A stretch of 64,000 nucleotides of DNA from Mustelus asterias (lineage: Eukaryota), in the NCBI RefSeq assembly GCF_964213995.1, contig NC_135807.1, forward strand, positions 50,096,001 through 50,160,000, in the 5' to 3' direction. The notes beneath the pieces are model-generated. The model was given only the letters and a program-made list of their open reading frames with translations, made no database searches and was not told where the DNA came from. A program made the position numbers and the translations under genes. Positions 12,804 to 25,477 of the stretch are shown here, piece by piece (positions within the stretch are counted from its first letter, which is position 1; each line of letters begins with the position of its first letter).

Positions 12804-13490
12804 AAGAACATGTCCCTGTCTACATCAATGGGGACGAAGTAGAAAGGGTCGAGAGCTTCACGTTTTTAGGTGTCGAGATCACCAACAATTGTCCTGGTCC
12901 CCCCATGCCAACATTATAGTTAAGAAAGCTCACCAACGCCTCTACATTTTCAGAAGACTAAGGAAATTTGGCATGTCAGCTACGACTCTCACCAGCTTTT
13001 ACAGATGCACCATAGAAAGCATTCATTCTGGTTGTATCACAGCTTGGTATGGCTCCTGCTCTGCCCAAGACCACAAGGATCAACAAAAGGTCGTGAATGT
13101 AGCCCAATCCATCACACAAACCAGTCTCTCATCCATTGACTCTGTCTTCACTTCCTACTGCCTCGGAAAAGCAACCAGCATAATTAAGGACCCCACGCCC
13201 CCCCAGACATTCTCTCTTCCACCGTCTTCCTTCGGGAAAAAGATACAAAAGTCTGAGGTCACGTACCAACCGACTCAAGAACAGCTTCTTCCCTGCTGCT
13301 GTCAGACTTTTGAATGGACTTACCTTGCATTAAGTTGATCTTTCTCTACACCCTAGCTATGACTGTAACACTACATTCTGCATTCTCTCGTTTCCTTCTC
13401 TATGAACGGTATGTTTTGTCTGTATAGCGTGCAAGAAACAATACTTTTCACTGTATGATAACACATGTGACAATAATAAATCAAATCAAA
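12804..13490 (+). mobile_element. Rex1/Babar-like LINE 3' fragment
   Basis: ORF 12889-13338 KKAHQRLY..RRLRKFGMS..FYRCTIES..GCITAWYG (DUF1891-type motif); (AATCA)n tail. Confidence 0.9.
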
Positions 13491-14033
13491 ATATTACAGA
13501 TGAGAATCAGTATTAAATTCTTCCCCTTCAAGGTTACACTCAGTTTATGCGAGTGACCCTTTGAAACATGGTGTACACTTACCCAGACTAAATAATAGAT
13601 ACCAAGTACAAGACTTTTAAGCATATATCCTCATTATGAACTTGAAAATACATTAGTGAAGGAAATTTACTTCATAGTCTGAAGAGTATCAGTTGAAATT
13701 GCTCCCTGACAGAATGCTATTTTTATACTATCATTCCTCACAACCAGTGAACAACGGCAGATGATATTTTTCAGTCACATTTTTCACATATTCAACAACA
13801 TTAAGAAATTGTTGCAATGGAAATATAGTTATCACATTCTAACGAACAGACAAATCAATACTTTAACATGTACATGCATATAAGAGACCTTAAGTTAGCC
13901 CATCACAAATCTAAAACATTTATTGTGCAGGTAAAGAAGTAATTTAAACTAACTGAGGAAGCCTTGACAGAACAGCTGGTCTTTTCTGGACCATCAGCTT
14001 TGTGTTTTACTTTGTTCGTAATAAAAAACAATG

Positions 14034-14159
14034 GGGCGAATTTTACCATCCCGCCTGCCACAGGAATCAGAGCAGGTGAGGGGCAGACCATGGAAAGGTC
14101 CATTGACCTTGGGCGGGATTTCCTGGTTTCGGGGCGAGTGAGACCGGAAAATCCTGCCT
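14034..14159. mobile_element. Short MITE-like element (Harbinger-type ends)
   Basis: GGGCGAATTTTACC ... GGAAAATCCTGCC imperfect TIRs; no clean TSD. Confidence 0.5.
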
Positions 14160-14765
14160 CTCGAATCTACTTTGTTAGCTTAACATCGGCTGATTATTAT
14201 TCTTTGAAGGAAGTTAATGGGTTACCTAATGCTCAGTTAGCATTGGCACAGCATATGTGCTCCTGACCATAGCAGAGAAAAAATACGACCTAAATAACTG
14301 GAAATATTTAAGTTAAAAATTAAGCAGTGGAGAAATCAAGAAAGTTTGGCTTAATAATCAAGATTTTTATCATAGGAATTTTAGATCTTGGAATCCCAAT
14401 CCTACCTCTCCAAATGATCTTTGAACACAAAGGACTAGATTGTCATGTCGGAGGCAGGAATCAGGGATGGAACTAATCCTGCATTCCATTCCCATCTCTG
14501 TTCCAAGACTGTATGGTTTGCAACCTTAAATGGCATGGAGATGGGTTTGCTGTGCATTATCCAGTTTAAGAACAGAACTTCCAAGTCTTATTATAACAGT
14601 TGGAAGTCGTTGACTAACCCATAACTCTCTCAAGTAAAAAAAAACTGACTCGTCAAGCCTGCTATGTAAACAGAGTCAAGCATTTGTAAAATGATAGGTA
14701 GTCGGATTGCAAAAACAAGAACACATAACCCTTCACAAGTAAACAAACTGACTTCAGAACTACAA

Positions 14766-15065
14766 AAGTAAAATTTATTTACTAGTCACAACTAGGCTTA
14801 CATTGACATTGCAATGAAGTTACCATGAAAATCCCCTAGTTGCCACACTCCGGAGCCTGCTCGGGGACACTTAAGGAGAATTCAGCATGGCCAATGCACC
14901 TAACCAGCACTTTGGACTGTGGGAGGAAACCGGAGCACCCGGAGGAAACGCACACAGCCACAGGGAGAACGTGCAGACTCTGCACAGACAGTGACCCAAG
15001 TCGGGAATCACACGCAGATACCTGGCGCTGAGAGGCAGCAGTGTTAACCATTGTGCCACGGTGCT
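14766..15065 (-). mobile_element. V-SINE with alternative (Rex1-like) tail
   Basis: Same structure as 63361-63665. Confidence 0.88.
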
Positions 15066-15594
15066 ACTAGCCCAACAGTCTGGGCTTAATGTTTAAAAAC
15101 AATGGGAAGAACTTAAATAATGTTATCATATTAGTCTACACTTTCAATACTATAAAATATACTACACCATTTCATGAACTTTTAAAGAAATTCCTCTGAA
15201 GACATTTTTGCATTTACAATGTTGATCTTTTACTTGACAGCTTACTTGTTGGCAGAAATAGCGATCTGGCAAATACATAGTTTAATGGGTGGCACATCCT
15301 CCAAGCACTGTCATGACTCACCTCACTGAACACAGATACAACTCGTGCTACAGTATTTAATGATGAACTGTAAAGGAGACAAAACCATTTTACTTACCTT
15401 TTGAACTTCCGAGCTCTAACCCATGATTCACATCTTCATGCAGAGATGTAAAACCTGACAGCTGCTAAAGTCTGGCTGCTTTTATGAAAATTAAAAGACC
15501 ATGAGGCATGGGATCTCAATGAGCCCACAATACTGTTAATCGCCTTCTTAAGAGGAGCTGAAAATAGGTGAGGTTACAACAGATGCAGCATTAA

Positions 15595-16670
15595 GCATTT
15601 GATAGGGTTTCCCCTGGTAAGCTATTGCAGAAGATATGGAGGCATGGGATTGAGGGTGATTTAGTGGTTTGGATCAGGAATTGGCTAGCTGTAAGACACA
15701 GAGGGTGGTGGTTGATGGGAAACGTTCATCCTGGAGTTCAGTTACTAGTGGTGTACCGCAAGGATCTGTTTTGGGGCCACTGCTGTTTGTCATTTTTATA
15801 AATGACCTGGATGAGGGCGTAGAAGGATGGGTTAGTCGGTGGAGTTGTGGACAGTGCGGAAGGTTGTTGCAGGTTACAGAGGGACATAGATAAGCTGCAG
15901 TGCTGGGCTGAGAGGTGGCAAATGGAGTTCAATGCGGAAAAGTGTGAGGTGATTCACTTTGGGAGGAGTAACAGGAATACAGAGTACTGGGCTAATGGTA
16001 AGATACTTGGGAGTGTGGATGAACAGAGAGAACTCGGTGTCCATGTGCATAGATCCCTGAAAGTTGGCACCCAGGTTGATAGGTTGTTAAGAAGGCGTAT
16101 GGAGTGTTAGCTTTTATTGGTAGAGGGATTGAGTTTCGGAGCCAGGAGGTCATGTTGCAGCTGGACAAAACTCTGGTGCGGCCGCACTTGGAGTATTGTG
16201 TACAGTTCTGGTCACTGCATTATAGGAAGGATGTGGATGCATTGGAAAGGGTGCAGAGGAGATTTACTAGGATGTTGCCTAGTATGGTGGGAAGGTCTTA
16301 TGAGGAAAGGCTGAGGGACTTGAGGTTGCTTTCGTTAGAGAGAAGGATCAGAGGATTAGATAGGGTGGATAGTGAGAGCCTTTTTCCTAGGATGGTGGTA
16401 GCTAGCACGAGGGGACATAGCTTTAAATTGAGGGGTGAGAGATATAGGACAGATGTCAGAGGTAGGTTCTTCACTCAGAGAGTGGTAAGGGCATGGAATG
16501 TCCTGCCTGCAGCAGTAGTGGACTCGCTAACATTAAGGGCATTTAAATGGTCATTGGATAAACATATGGATGATATTGGAATAGTGAGCTTAGATGGCTT
16601 TAGATTGGTTTCACTGGTCGGCGCAACATCAAGGGCCAAAGGGCCTATACTGCGCTGTAATGTTCTATGA
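15595..16670 (+). mobile_element. CR1 LINE 3' fragment (RT to 3' UTR)
   Basis: [46 protein letters not shown]; ends TGTTCTATGA. Confidence 0.93.
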
Positions 16671-17105
16671 CTTCTAAGCACAGTTGTCCGTGGCCATTAT
16701 TTCTGGTCCCACCTCCACATGGTCCTGATGAGAAACATGAAAATCCGGGCCATCTTGTTTCAATGGGGGTAAGGACTTCATTCAGTATGGAAAACTGATG
16801 GATTTGCTGACAAGCATTTGATTAATTTACTTGTTATACATGCTCTTAACAAGGCTCTGCACCAATTCTGATAGAGACAGGGCAGGGATGGGCAGTAATT
16901 CAGTGATTGTATAGTAAACGTTTATAGGTCCTTGGTAATTATTTACTGCTACTCTGCACTGGTCCACTGGAGTGTTAGTTTGATTCAATTAGTAGCACTA
17001 TTGTCTCTAAGTCATAAAGTTGTGGATTGAAATCTCTCTGCAGTTAATTGAGCATTTAATGTAAGATCGCAGCACTGAAGGAATGCTGCATCAAATGAGC
17101 TAGGT

Positions 17106-17263
17106 AAAAGCCCAAACGACCATAGGCTGCTCTCCCCTTTGAGGCAAGGGGCAAGGTTGAAAAGGCAGGCCCTGATGAATAATCTTAGCCGGTATGGGAA
17201 TTGAACCTGCACTGTTGGTATCACTCTGAATCTTAAACCAGCTGTCCAACCAACTAAGTAACC
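17106..17263 (-). mobile_element. tRNA-derived SINE remnant, a further family
   Basis: Minus strand TAGTTGGTTGGACAGC...GGTTCAATTCCC (A/B-box-like) followed by a non-tRNA body. Confidence 0.55.
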
Positions 17264-17296
17264 ACCAATATGAACTACTCACTGTTTGGCTACTTG

Positions 17297-17596
17297 GCCG
17301 GCACAGTGGTACAGTGGTTAACACTGCTGCCTTACAGCGCCAGGGGTGCGAGTTCGATTCCCACTGTCTGTGTGAAGTCTACACGTTCTCTCTGTGTTTG
17401 CGTGGGTTTCCTTCGGGTGCTGCGGTTTCCTCCCACAGTCCGAAAGACGTGCTGATTAGGTGCATTGGCCATGCTAAATTCTCCCTTAGTGTACGCGAAC
17501 AGGCGCTGCAGTGTGGCGACACGGGCATTTTCACAGTAACTTCACTGCAGTGTTAATGTAAGCCTTCTTGCGACACTAATAAATAAATTTAAACTT
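17297..17596 (+). mobile_element. V-SINE with alternative (Rex1-like) tail
   Basis: Tail TTTTCACAGTAACTTCACTGCAGTGTTAATGTAAGCCTTCTTGCGACACTAATAAATAAA. Confidence 0.85.
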
Positions 17597-18136
17597 CAAG
17601 TCAAACAAAATGGCTGTCAGACTTGTTTATATAACAAGTTACATCACTTCAAAGTCTTTGGTTGTGTGTGAAATTTTTGTGTGAAATTGTGTCAAACATT
17701 TGAGAGGCTTCTTAAATACATTTAAATTTAAAATTCACTTTCACAAATAACCCAGACATAAAAAATAAGGCCAAGCTTAGTAGCTAGAGAGAAAAGGTCA
17801 AGGGAAAATTTAGTAAATCCACTAATAGACCCACTCATTTTTAAATTTTCCTTCACCATTAACTAATTACAACCCATGGTGAAAGCGGAGTGAAAAACAT
17901 TCGCTGGTGAAAAAAAATCAAAATGCCAAAAGAACAGTTATGGGAATCTCTAGGCTGACTTGGTTAAAGCTGGCATATGATTTCTTTAGAAATGTCTTCA
18001 AAATGCTTTCTCTTGATCCAGACATTAAATATTTTCCAGACCACTATGTTGATGTACCATGCTGCTGTTGTACATTTACTACAAGAAACGCTAAAATCGA
18101 TGACCATCAATTCCCAGATCCCATTACATCCATTAA

Positions 18137-18478
18137 GGGGGAGGTGATGGCCTAATGGTATTATCGCTAAACTATTAATCCAGAAACTCAGCTAATGTTG
18201 CGGGGACTTGGGTTTGAATCGCGCCACGGCAGATGGCGGAATTTGAATTCCATAAACAATGGCATTAAGAATCTACTGATGACCATGAAACCATTGTCAA
18301 TGTCGGAAAAGAACATCTGGTTCACTAATGTCCTTTACCTGGTCTGGCCTACATGTGATTCCAGAGTCACAGCAATGTGGTTGACTTTCAACTCCCAGCT
18401 GAACAAGGGCAACTAGGAATGAGCAATAAATGCTGGCCAGCCAGCGACACACAACTCCCACAAATGACTAAAAAAAAG
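18137..18478 (+). mobile_element. tRNA-derived SINE sharing its 3' end with the Zenon-like LINE
   Basis: A box TGGCCTAATGG, B box GGTTTGAATC; tail AAGGGCAACTAGGAATGAGCAATAAATGCTGGCCAGCCAGCGAC matches the reverse complement of 35170-35243. Confidence 0.85.
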
Positions 18479-19051
18479 TATTTGCCCTATCATTCTTTTC
18501 AACAAAACACTATTGGATTTTCAAAATGGAACTTTCAAACATTCAGAATACACCTTGCTGGACTCCAGCACTCCTTTATTTTATCTTCTCTTGAAAACAC
18601 TAGTGGATGACTTTCATCTGCATTCTGCTCCCTTCACTGGAAAACTGGCTGGTAGACAGTTTAACACAAGAACCTACTCTTAACTGCCAAGCGCTCCAGT
18701 CAGGAGCTTTATTACAGAGGATATGTGGCACAGAAACAGGCCGTATGGTGGGCACAACCAGTCCAGGCCGATGATTATGCTCCACTGGAGTCTCCTCCCA
18801 TCTTTTCTCATCTATGTCTATCATTATAAAATATTTAAATCAGCTGTATGTGGGATGTTGTTGCAATCTTATAGAGACTGTCCTACAAGCCACTCTAGAA
18901 AACCCCACTTAAACTTGTGACCCTGATTCATCTTGCTGAAGTCATAAAAATCCAACCCTTACCCCACCCCTAAGAACAACACCTGGTTCAGTTCTGCAGA
19001 ACAGCTGCCAAATTTTCTCTGCCCTTTCCCAGTGGCGTGCCTGTCAGCACT

Positions 19052-19396
19052 TAGAAATCATAGAAACCCTACAGTGCAGAAGGAGGCCATTCGGCCCATC
19101 GAGTCTGCACCGACCACAATCCCACCCAGGCCCTACCCCCATATCCCTACGTATTTACCCACTAATCCCTCTAACCTACGCATTTCAGGACTCTCAGGGG
19201 CAATTTTTAGCATAGCCAATCAACCTAACCCGCACATCTTTGGACTGTGGGAGGAAACCGGAGCACCCGGAGGAAACCCACGCAGACACGAGGAGAATGT
19301 GCAAACTCCACACAGACAGTGACCCAAGCCAGGAATCGAACCCAGGTCCCTGGAGCTGTGAAGCAGCAGTGCTAACCACTGTGCTACTGTGCCGCC
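19052..19396 (-). mobile_element. HE1-type V-SINE, full length
   Basis: Near-identical to the reverse complement of 45898-46243. Confidence 0.93.
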
Positions 19397-20044
19397 ACTT
19401 GTTCAGCACTGGTGGCTCGCCAGTTTTATTCTAATAAAATGTCACCATGGAAATGGTTAGGCTTCTGCCCGATGCATTACCAACCCAAAAATCACATCCC
19501 AGTGTTCTTCAATCAGGTAAATATTTCCATTCCTCTCAGGTACATACCTGGTCTGATTGGATAACTTTTCTCCTCATATTGGGATTTATTTCCTACTATA
19601 ACTAATCAATTTCTGTTAAAGCATATATTTCTTTTTCAAAAAAACATCTTTATTGCAGCACCAAGGGACTGCTTGATAGAGTTTAAGTAGAAAGTTCTAC
19701 ATTTTCCAGATCCCAGCATTTAACCTGGCAACTAATCTTCATGTCTGAATATGATATAAGGAGCATTAGAGTACTTTACAAGAAATGCATGCTCCACTTC
19801 TCCACTTTAACATGCTTTTAGATTAAACACTGAATATATTTTGCTCCTTTTTTGCAAGAAATGACAATTATTGGCTCCATTACAAAGTTCCAACCCACGG
19901 ATTCTATTCTTTATGACTGATTTACACTTGGCTGTCCTAGAATTTCATTTAAATGCATAAAATGCAAATTTGCTACTATTTTGGTTGCAAACGACACAAA
20001 AATATCTTGTAGTGGTGAGAACATTCACAAACATTGCTAATTTT

Positions 20045-20551
20045 ATCCATTCTGGTAGCAATTATAGGAAGACAGATTATTACTTGAATGGGTGTAAATT
20101 GAGAGAGGTGGATACTCCACAAGACCTTGGAGTCCTTGTGCATCAGTCGCTGAAAGTGAGCGCACAGGTATAGTAGGCAGTAAAGAAGGCAAAAGGTGTG
20201 TTGGCCTTCATAGCGAGAAGGTTTGAGTATAGGGATGTTTTGCTGCAATTGTATAGGGTGTTGGTGAGGCCACACATGGAGTATTGTGTGCAGTTTTGGT
20301 GTCCTTATCTGAGGGAGGATGTCCTTGCTATAGAGGGAGTACAGCGAAGGTTCACCAGGCTGATTCCTGGGATGGCAGGTCTGTCATATGAGCAGAGACT
20401 AAGTCGGTTAGGATTATATTCACTGGGGTTAAGAAGAGTGAGAGGGAATCGCATAGAAACTTATAAAATTCACCCATGATCAAGGTGAATGGCGGAGCAG
20501 GCTTGAAGGGCCGAATGGCCTACTCCTGCTTCTCATTTCTATGTTTCTATG
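20045..20551 (+). mobile_element. CR1 3' fragment with internal deletion
   Basis: ORF 20198-20479 LYRVLVRPHMEYCVQFW; (TTTCTATG)2 tail. Confidence 0.88.
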
Positions 20552-20965
20552 TAGTTTTTCTATTGCGACGGTCATTCAAATTTTAGTGAAAAAAATAATT
20601 CTAGCTCCCAACGTGAGGCTGTTGTCATTTATGCCATATTGATTTCACAGTGAAATTTGATTAAAAACGCCTAAAAATAAAAAGTGTGTTCAAAAGTTGC
20701 AGGATATACAATGTAGCGATAACTGACCCCATTTTACATGCACACTTTGGATTTGGCATTAAAAAAGCTAAATATAGTATCCTGGGCAAAATGCTTCTTT
20801 TTTAACTCTGATGGAGCTACATGGCAAAACAAAACAAAGCAGTGGTTGACCTGCTCAATTTCTCTTCCATTCTCGAGTAACAAATATGAAGTTTGCTATG
20901 CAACATTTCCAAATGTTTGACCTATATCAACATACAATAGCTGGTGGGATCATGTATATATGTAA

Positions 20966-21405
20966 GGGAGACATGGTGGCACAGTGGTTAGCACTGCTGC
21001 CTCATAGCACCAGAGACCTGGGTTCAAATACATCCTTGGGTGACTGTGTGAAGTTTCCATCTGCTCCCTGTGTCTGCGTGGGTTTCCTCCGGGTGCTCTG
21101 GTTTCCTCCCACATGCCAAAGATGTACAGGTTAGATGCATTGCCCTTTAGTGTCCCAAGATGGGAGGGGGATTAGTGGGATAAATGTGTGGAATTACGGG
21201 TATTGGAGGGTCATTGTATATCCTGCAGATTTTGAACATGCTTTTTATTTTTAGGGGTTTTTAATCAAATTTCGCTGTGAAATCAACATGGCATAAATGA
21301 CAACAGCCTCACGTTGGGAGCTAGAATTATAAGATGCTCTGTCGGAGAGTCGTTGTAAATTCGATGGACTAAAAGGCTTCCTTCTGCACTGAAGGGATTC
21401 TATGA
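20966..21405 (+). mobile_element. HE1-type V-SINE interrupted by a 119-bp inverted local copy
   Basis: Head and V core 20966-21135; tail resumes at 21331 (AAGATGCTCTGTCGGAGAG...GGATTCTATGA). Confidence 0.85.
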
Positions 21406-21535
21406 TGATATCTACGTGCTGGTGCACCAAGTCTCACTCAGCCTTACATTTCTTATTCAAGTTGTTGGCCACTTACAATTTTAACCCAAGATAATGTTAT
21501 TGAATTGAAAATAAATGTATTTATTGACAATCCAG

Positions 21536-22283
21536 AGGGACAGAAATACTGGGAGGCATCTTCTACTCTTGCTGGTGGTAATCTTGTGGGTGGGCATGAC
21601 ATTTACTTAGTCAGTGTAGTGGTGTACCTGACCCCTGCTGCCTTTCCACCTCCACCTAAATCAAGTTCTGGGCAGGAAGGCCCACGCTTGACCATCCCAC
21701 CTGTGACTAATTGAGGACCTTCAGTGGCCAATAGTTGACCACTTAAAGGCCCCATCCCACCACTGCTGGGATTAACCTTGCTTCAAGTGGGCCTGTAGCC
21801 AAGCAGTGTGCACAACAGGTGAGCCTGCGTGGGCTGCCTGTCTTCTCGGGGCAGGGGGTGGATCGCAGAGTGCCTTGATTGATTGTAGGCAGTTATCCAG
21901 GCACTGGACTTTGGGAAGGGAGGCAGCATTGAGAGGCACCCTTCTTCCCTTGCATCCAAACTTGCTCTGCACCCCACTCCCCACAAACCCCTGAACAGCT
22001 GCCCCACATTACCTACCTATAGAGTCTGGGTCCTCCGCCATCCTGGGACACGAGGAGTTGTTCTTCCGGCAACAACCAGGGCATCCTCAGTGGCTACTGC
22101 TAAGTACAAGATCTGCCAGACTCTGACTGGCTGGCTGATCCCGTGGTGCAGGACTTCTGCCTTTGTGGTCTTGATTCCCGGGCAGGCCTTGCCACTGCCT
22201 GATTGGCACGTGGGTAGGGAGATCTTCCTGAACAGAGGCATTCTGGGCCAGGCAAGACCCAGACTCCGCAACAAAATTTGACC
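21536..22283. mobile_element. Degenerate GC-rich non-autonomous DNA element (Harbinger-like MITE group)
   Basis: Ends GGGACAGAAAT / AAAATTTGACC resemble the other MITEs; no TSD verified. Confidence 0.35.
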
Positions 22284-22717
22284 AACTGAGTGGGAATTGC
22301 ACTATTTACATTTGTTTGGAGGCCAGAGTAGAAAGGGGGGCGGGGGGGGGGAGGAGGGGTGGATAAGTAATTTTTACTCCCACTATTGAGCAGAACTTGA
22401 AGGCAGCTGGGGAGCGACAGTTATTATTTTAAATTGAAGATGTCACCCAAATGTTGGTGAAATTCGCATCTAAAATTTCAGATTGACAGTATAATCAGAG
22501 TCCCAATGCAAATATTGATGTGACAAATTGGGGAAGTGGATCCGGGGCTGAAAGAAGTGCAGCAAACTGGGTTATTGTAATTTTGAAAGACAATGTGAGT
22601 ATGTGAAGCAGAAATGCTTTCTCTGGGAATCACAAGGAAACCTTGCGTCCACACTGCCAAACCGAATGATGGAACAGGTTCAAGGGTCCAAATGGCCTAC
22701 TCCTACTCCTTATGTTC

Positions 22718-23476
22718 CAGTGCCATCAATCAGCATTTACACAGCAATAACTTGATCACTGATGCCCAGTTTGGGTTCCGATGGGGCCCTGACCTTATTA
22801 CAGCCTTGGTCCAGACATGGACAAAAGAGTTGAATTCAAGAGGCGGGGTGAGAGTGATAGTCTTAAATATCAAGGCATCTAAATCAGAAGGAGCCCTAGC
22901 AAAAATGAAGTCAGTGGGATTAAGGGCGGGGGGGGGGGGGGGGGGGACACTTCACTAGCTCTAGTCATACATAGCATGATGGAAGATGATTTTGGTTGTT
23001 GGAGTCCAATCATCTCAGTGCAAGGTTATTATAGCAGGAATTCCTCCGGGTAGTGCCCCAGGCCCAGTCATTTTCAGCTTCTTCATCAATGACCTTCCAT
23101 CATAAGGTCAGAAATGGGAATGCTCACAGATGATTGCACAATATTCTGTACCATGTGCAACTCCTCAGATACTGAAATAGTCTGTACCAGTATGCAGCAT
23201 GCTTGGAGAATATTCGAGTTTGAGCTGATAAGTAGCAAGTAATATTCCCGCCACACAAATGCCAAGCAATGACCATCTCCAATAAGACAGAATCTAAACA
23301 TCTTCCCTTGACACTTAATGGCATTAGCCTCACTGAAGCCTCCACCATCAACATCCCTAAAGGTTACCATTGAACAGAAACTGAACCTGCCATACTAATA
23401 CTGTGGCTACAAGAGCAGGTCAGAGGCTGGGAATTCTGCAGAAATCATCTCACTCTCCAAAGCCTGTCCACCATCT
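22718..23476 (+). mobile_element. Zenon-like CR1/L2-group LINE RT fragment, degenerate
   Basis: PDLITALVQTWTKELNSRG motif as in ORF 36083-36502. Confidence 0.8.
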
Positions 23477-23529
23477 CGTGGAAAATGCTCAAGTGGAAAA
23501 GACTACACTTCAAAATTCTGAGAGATAAA

Positions 23530-23716
23530 GAACCATAGAATCCTTACAGTGCAGAAAGAGGCCATCCAGCCCATCGAGTCTGCACCGGCTCTCCGAAAGA
23601 GCATCCCATCCAGGCCCCCCCCCCCTTCTGTCCTATCCCCATAACCCCGTGTATTTATCATGGCTAATCCACCTAACCTGCAGATCTTTGGATTGTGGGA
23701 GGAAACTGGAGCTCTT
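23530..23716 (-). mobile_element. HE1-type V-SINE 3' half
   Basis: CATAGAATCCTTACAGTGCAGAAAGAGGCC...TCTTTGGATTGTGGGAGGAAAC. Confidence 0.8.
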
Positions 23717-24087
23717 AGAGGAACTGATCCTGAAAAGTTGAGCATCTGTCCTCTCCAACCTACTGTGCTTTCAAATGTTCTTGTTTGTATATCAAATTCC
23801 CCGCACTGGCAGTATTTTGCTTTCTACTTCCAGTTATTCCAGTTTTATGTTAAAGAGAGTCAAGATAAGATGTAGGAAATAGAACTGCTACAAACCAATT
23901 CCCATTGCTTACAAAGCTGGAGACAACATTTTATTTCTAAAATGTAAAGAATTTACTTGAACATTAAAAGGAGCTTGGATGGGCAAATGACCCTGACAAT
24001 CCGACTGGTTTTCAATTCTGTTCTCAGTGCCAGCAGGAATAATTCATTGAGATGAACTTCCATCGGCGGTGCTTATATATTCACTCT

Positions 24088-24212
24088 GATGTGGAGATGC
24101 CGGCGTTAGACTGGGGTCAAGACTCACCTGGTGAAGGAGCGGTGCTCTGAAAGCTCATACCACCAAATAAACTTGCTGGACGTTAACCTGGTGTTGTGAG
24201 ACTTCTTACTGT
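24088..24212 (+). mobile_element. Penelope-like element terminal remnant with decayed hammerhead motif
   Basis: CTGGTGA-A-GGAGC-GGT-GCTCT-GAAAGCTC at 24128-24156; downstream part repeated at 37715-37772. Confidence 0.55.
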
Positions 24213-24489
24213 ATATTCACTGCAGAGATAATGGGACTAATTTGAACCTTGTGGCTATCAGAAATCTGATGGGATCAGATACAGCACTGATTTTGCAACT
24301 GGTAGGCACCATCCTGTCCTGGAAACACATCAGCATTCCGTCATCATCTTCGAGTCCAACGCTGACTGCACTGTGGGCATACCTTAACCATGCAGACCGC
24401 AGTAGTTCAAAAAGACAGCTCACCAAACCATCTCAATTAAAGTCAGTTAGGATTAGACAATAAATACTGGCCTTTGTCAATGACTCCAC

Positions 24490-25432
24490 GGAAGGCAGAG
24501 GAGGCTGGGTCATTTAATTTATTCAAGGTTCGGTTAGATAGATTTTTGATCGACAAGGGAGTAAAGGGTTATGTTTGGACCAGACTGGAATGTGGGATTG
24601 AGACCACAATCAAATCAGCTATTATCTTATTGGAAAGTGGAGCAGGCTGGATGGACTGAATGGCTTAAGATCTGGCAAATGGAGTATAATATGAGCAAAT
24701 ATTAAATTATCCATTTTGTCAGGAAGCAAAAAAGTGAAACATATTATCTAAATGGTAAGAAATTGGACAGCTCTGAGATTCTAAGGGATCTGGGTGTCCC
24801 AGTGCAAAAGGTTAGTATGCAGGTACAGCAAGTAATTAGGAAAGCTAATAGAATATGATTATTTATTGCGAGGGGAATTGAATACAAAAGTAGGGAGGTA
24901 CACTTCAGTTGTACATGACACTGAGGCCACATCTAGAATACTACATACAGTAATAGTCTCCTTATTTAAGGGAGGATATAAGTGCATTAGAAGCAGTTCA
25001 AAGTGGGTTTACTGAACTAATACCTGGAATGGGCAGGTTATCTTATGGGCAAAGATTTGACAAGCTAGGCTTGTATCCACTGGAGTTTTAAAGGTCTTGA
25101 TAGGATTGATGTGAAAAGAATGTTATCTCTTGTGGGAGAATCTAGAAATAGTGGTTACTATTTAAAGATAAAGGATTGTCCATTTGAGACTGCGATGAGA
25201 AGAATTATTTTCTGAGGGTACTGAATCTTTGGAACTCACTTCTTCAAAAGGAAGTGGAAGCAGACTCCTTGAATGTTTTCAGTGCAGAGGTAGATAGATT
25301 CTTGGTAAACAAGTGGGTGAAGGGTTATCAGGAATAGGACGGAGGTTACAGTCCAATCAGCCATGATTTTATTGAATGGCAGAGCAGGCTCAAAGGGCTG
25401 AATAGCCTACTCCTGCTCCTATTTCCTATGTT
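24490..25432 (+). mobile_element. Old CR1 3' fragments (two pieces)
   Basis: Degraded WQMEYN, RGIEYKSREV motifs; CAGCCATGAT...CCTACTCCTGCTCCTATTTCCTATG tail. Confidence 0.8.
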
Positions 25433-25477
25433 ACGGATCCAGCTCCTAAGTCCTTTGTTTCTGACGTTTCTAAGGCA

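Noticed and set aside
13583-13624. Minus-strand ATG..TGG|GTAAGTG mini-exon (MLKSLVLGIYYLVW)
   Set aside because: Weak ATG context and no other support; donor-like hexamers are expected by chance in 64 kb.
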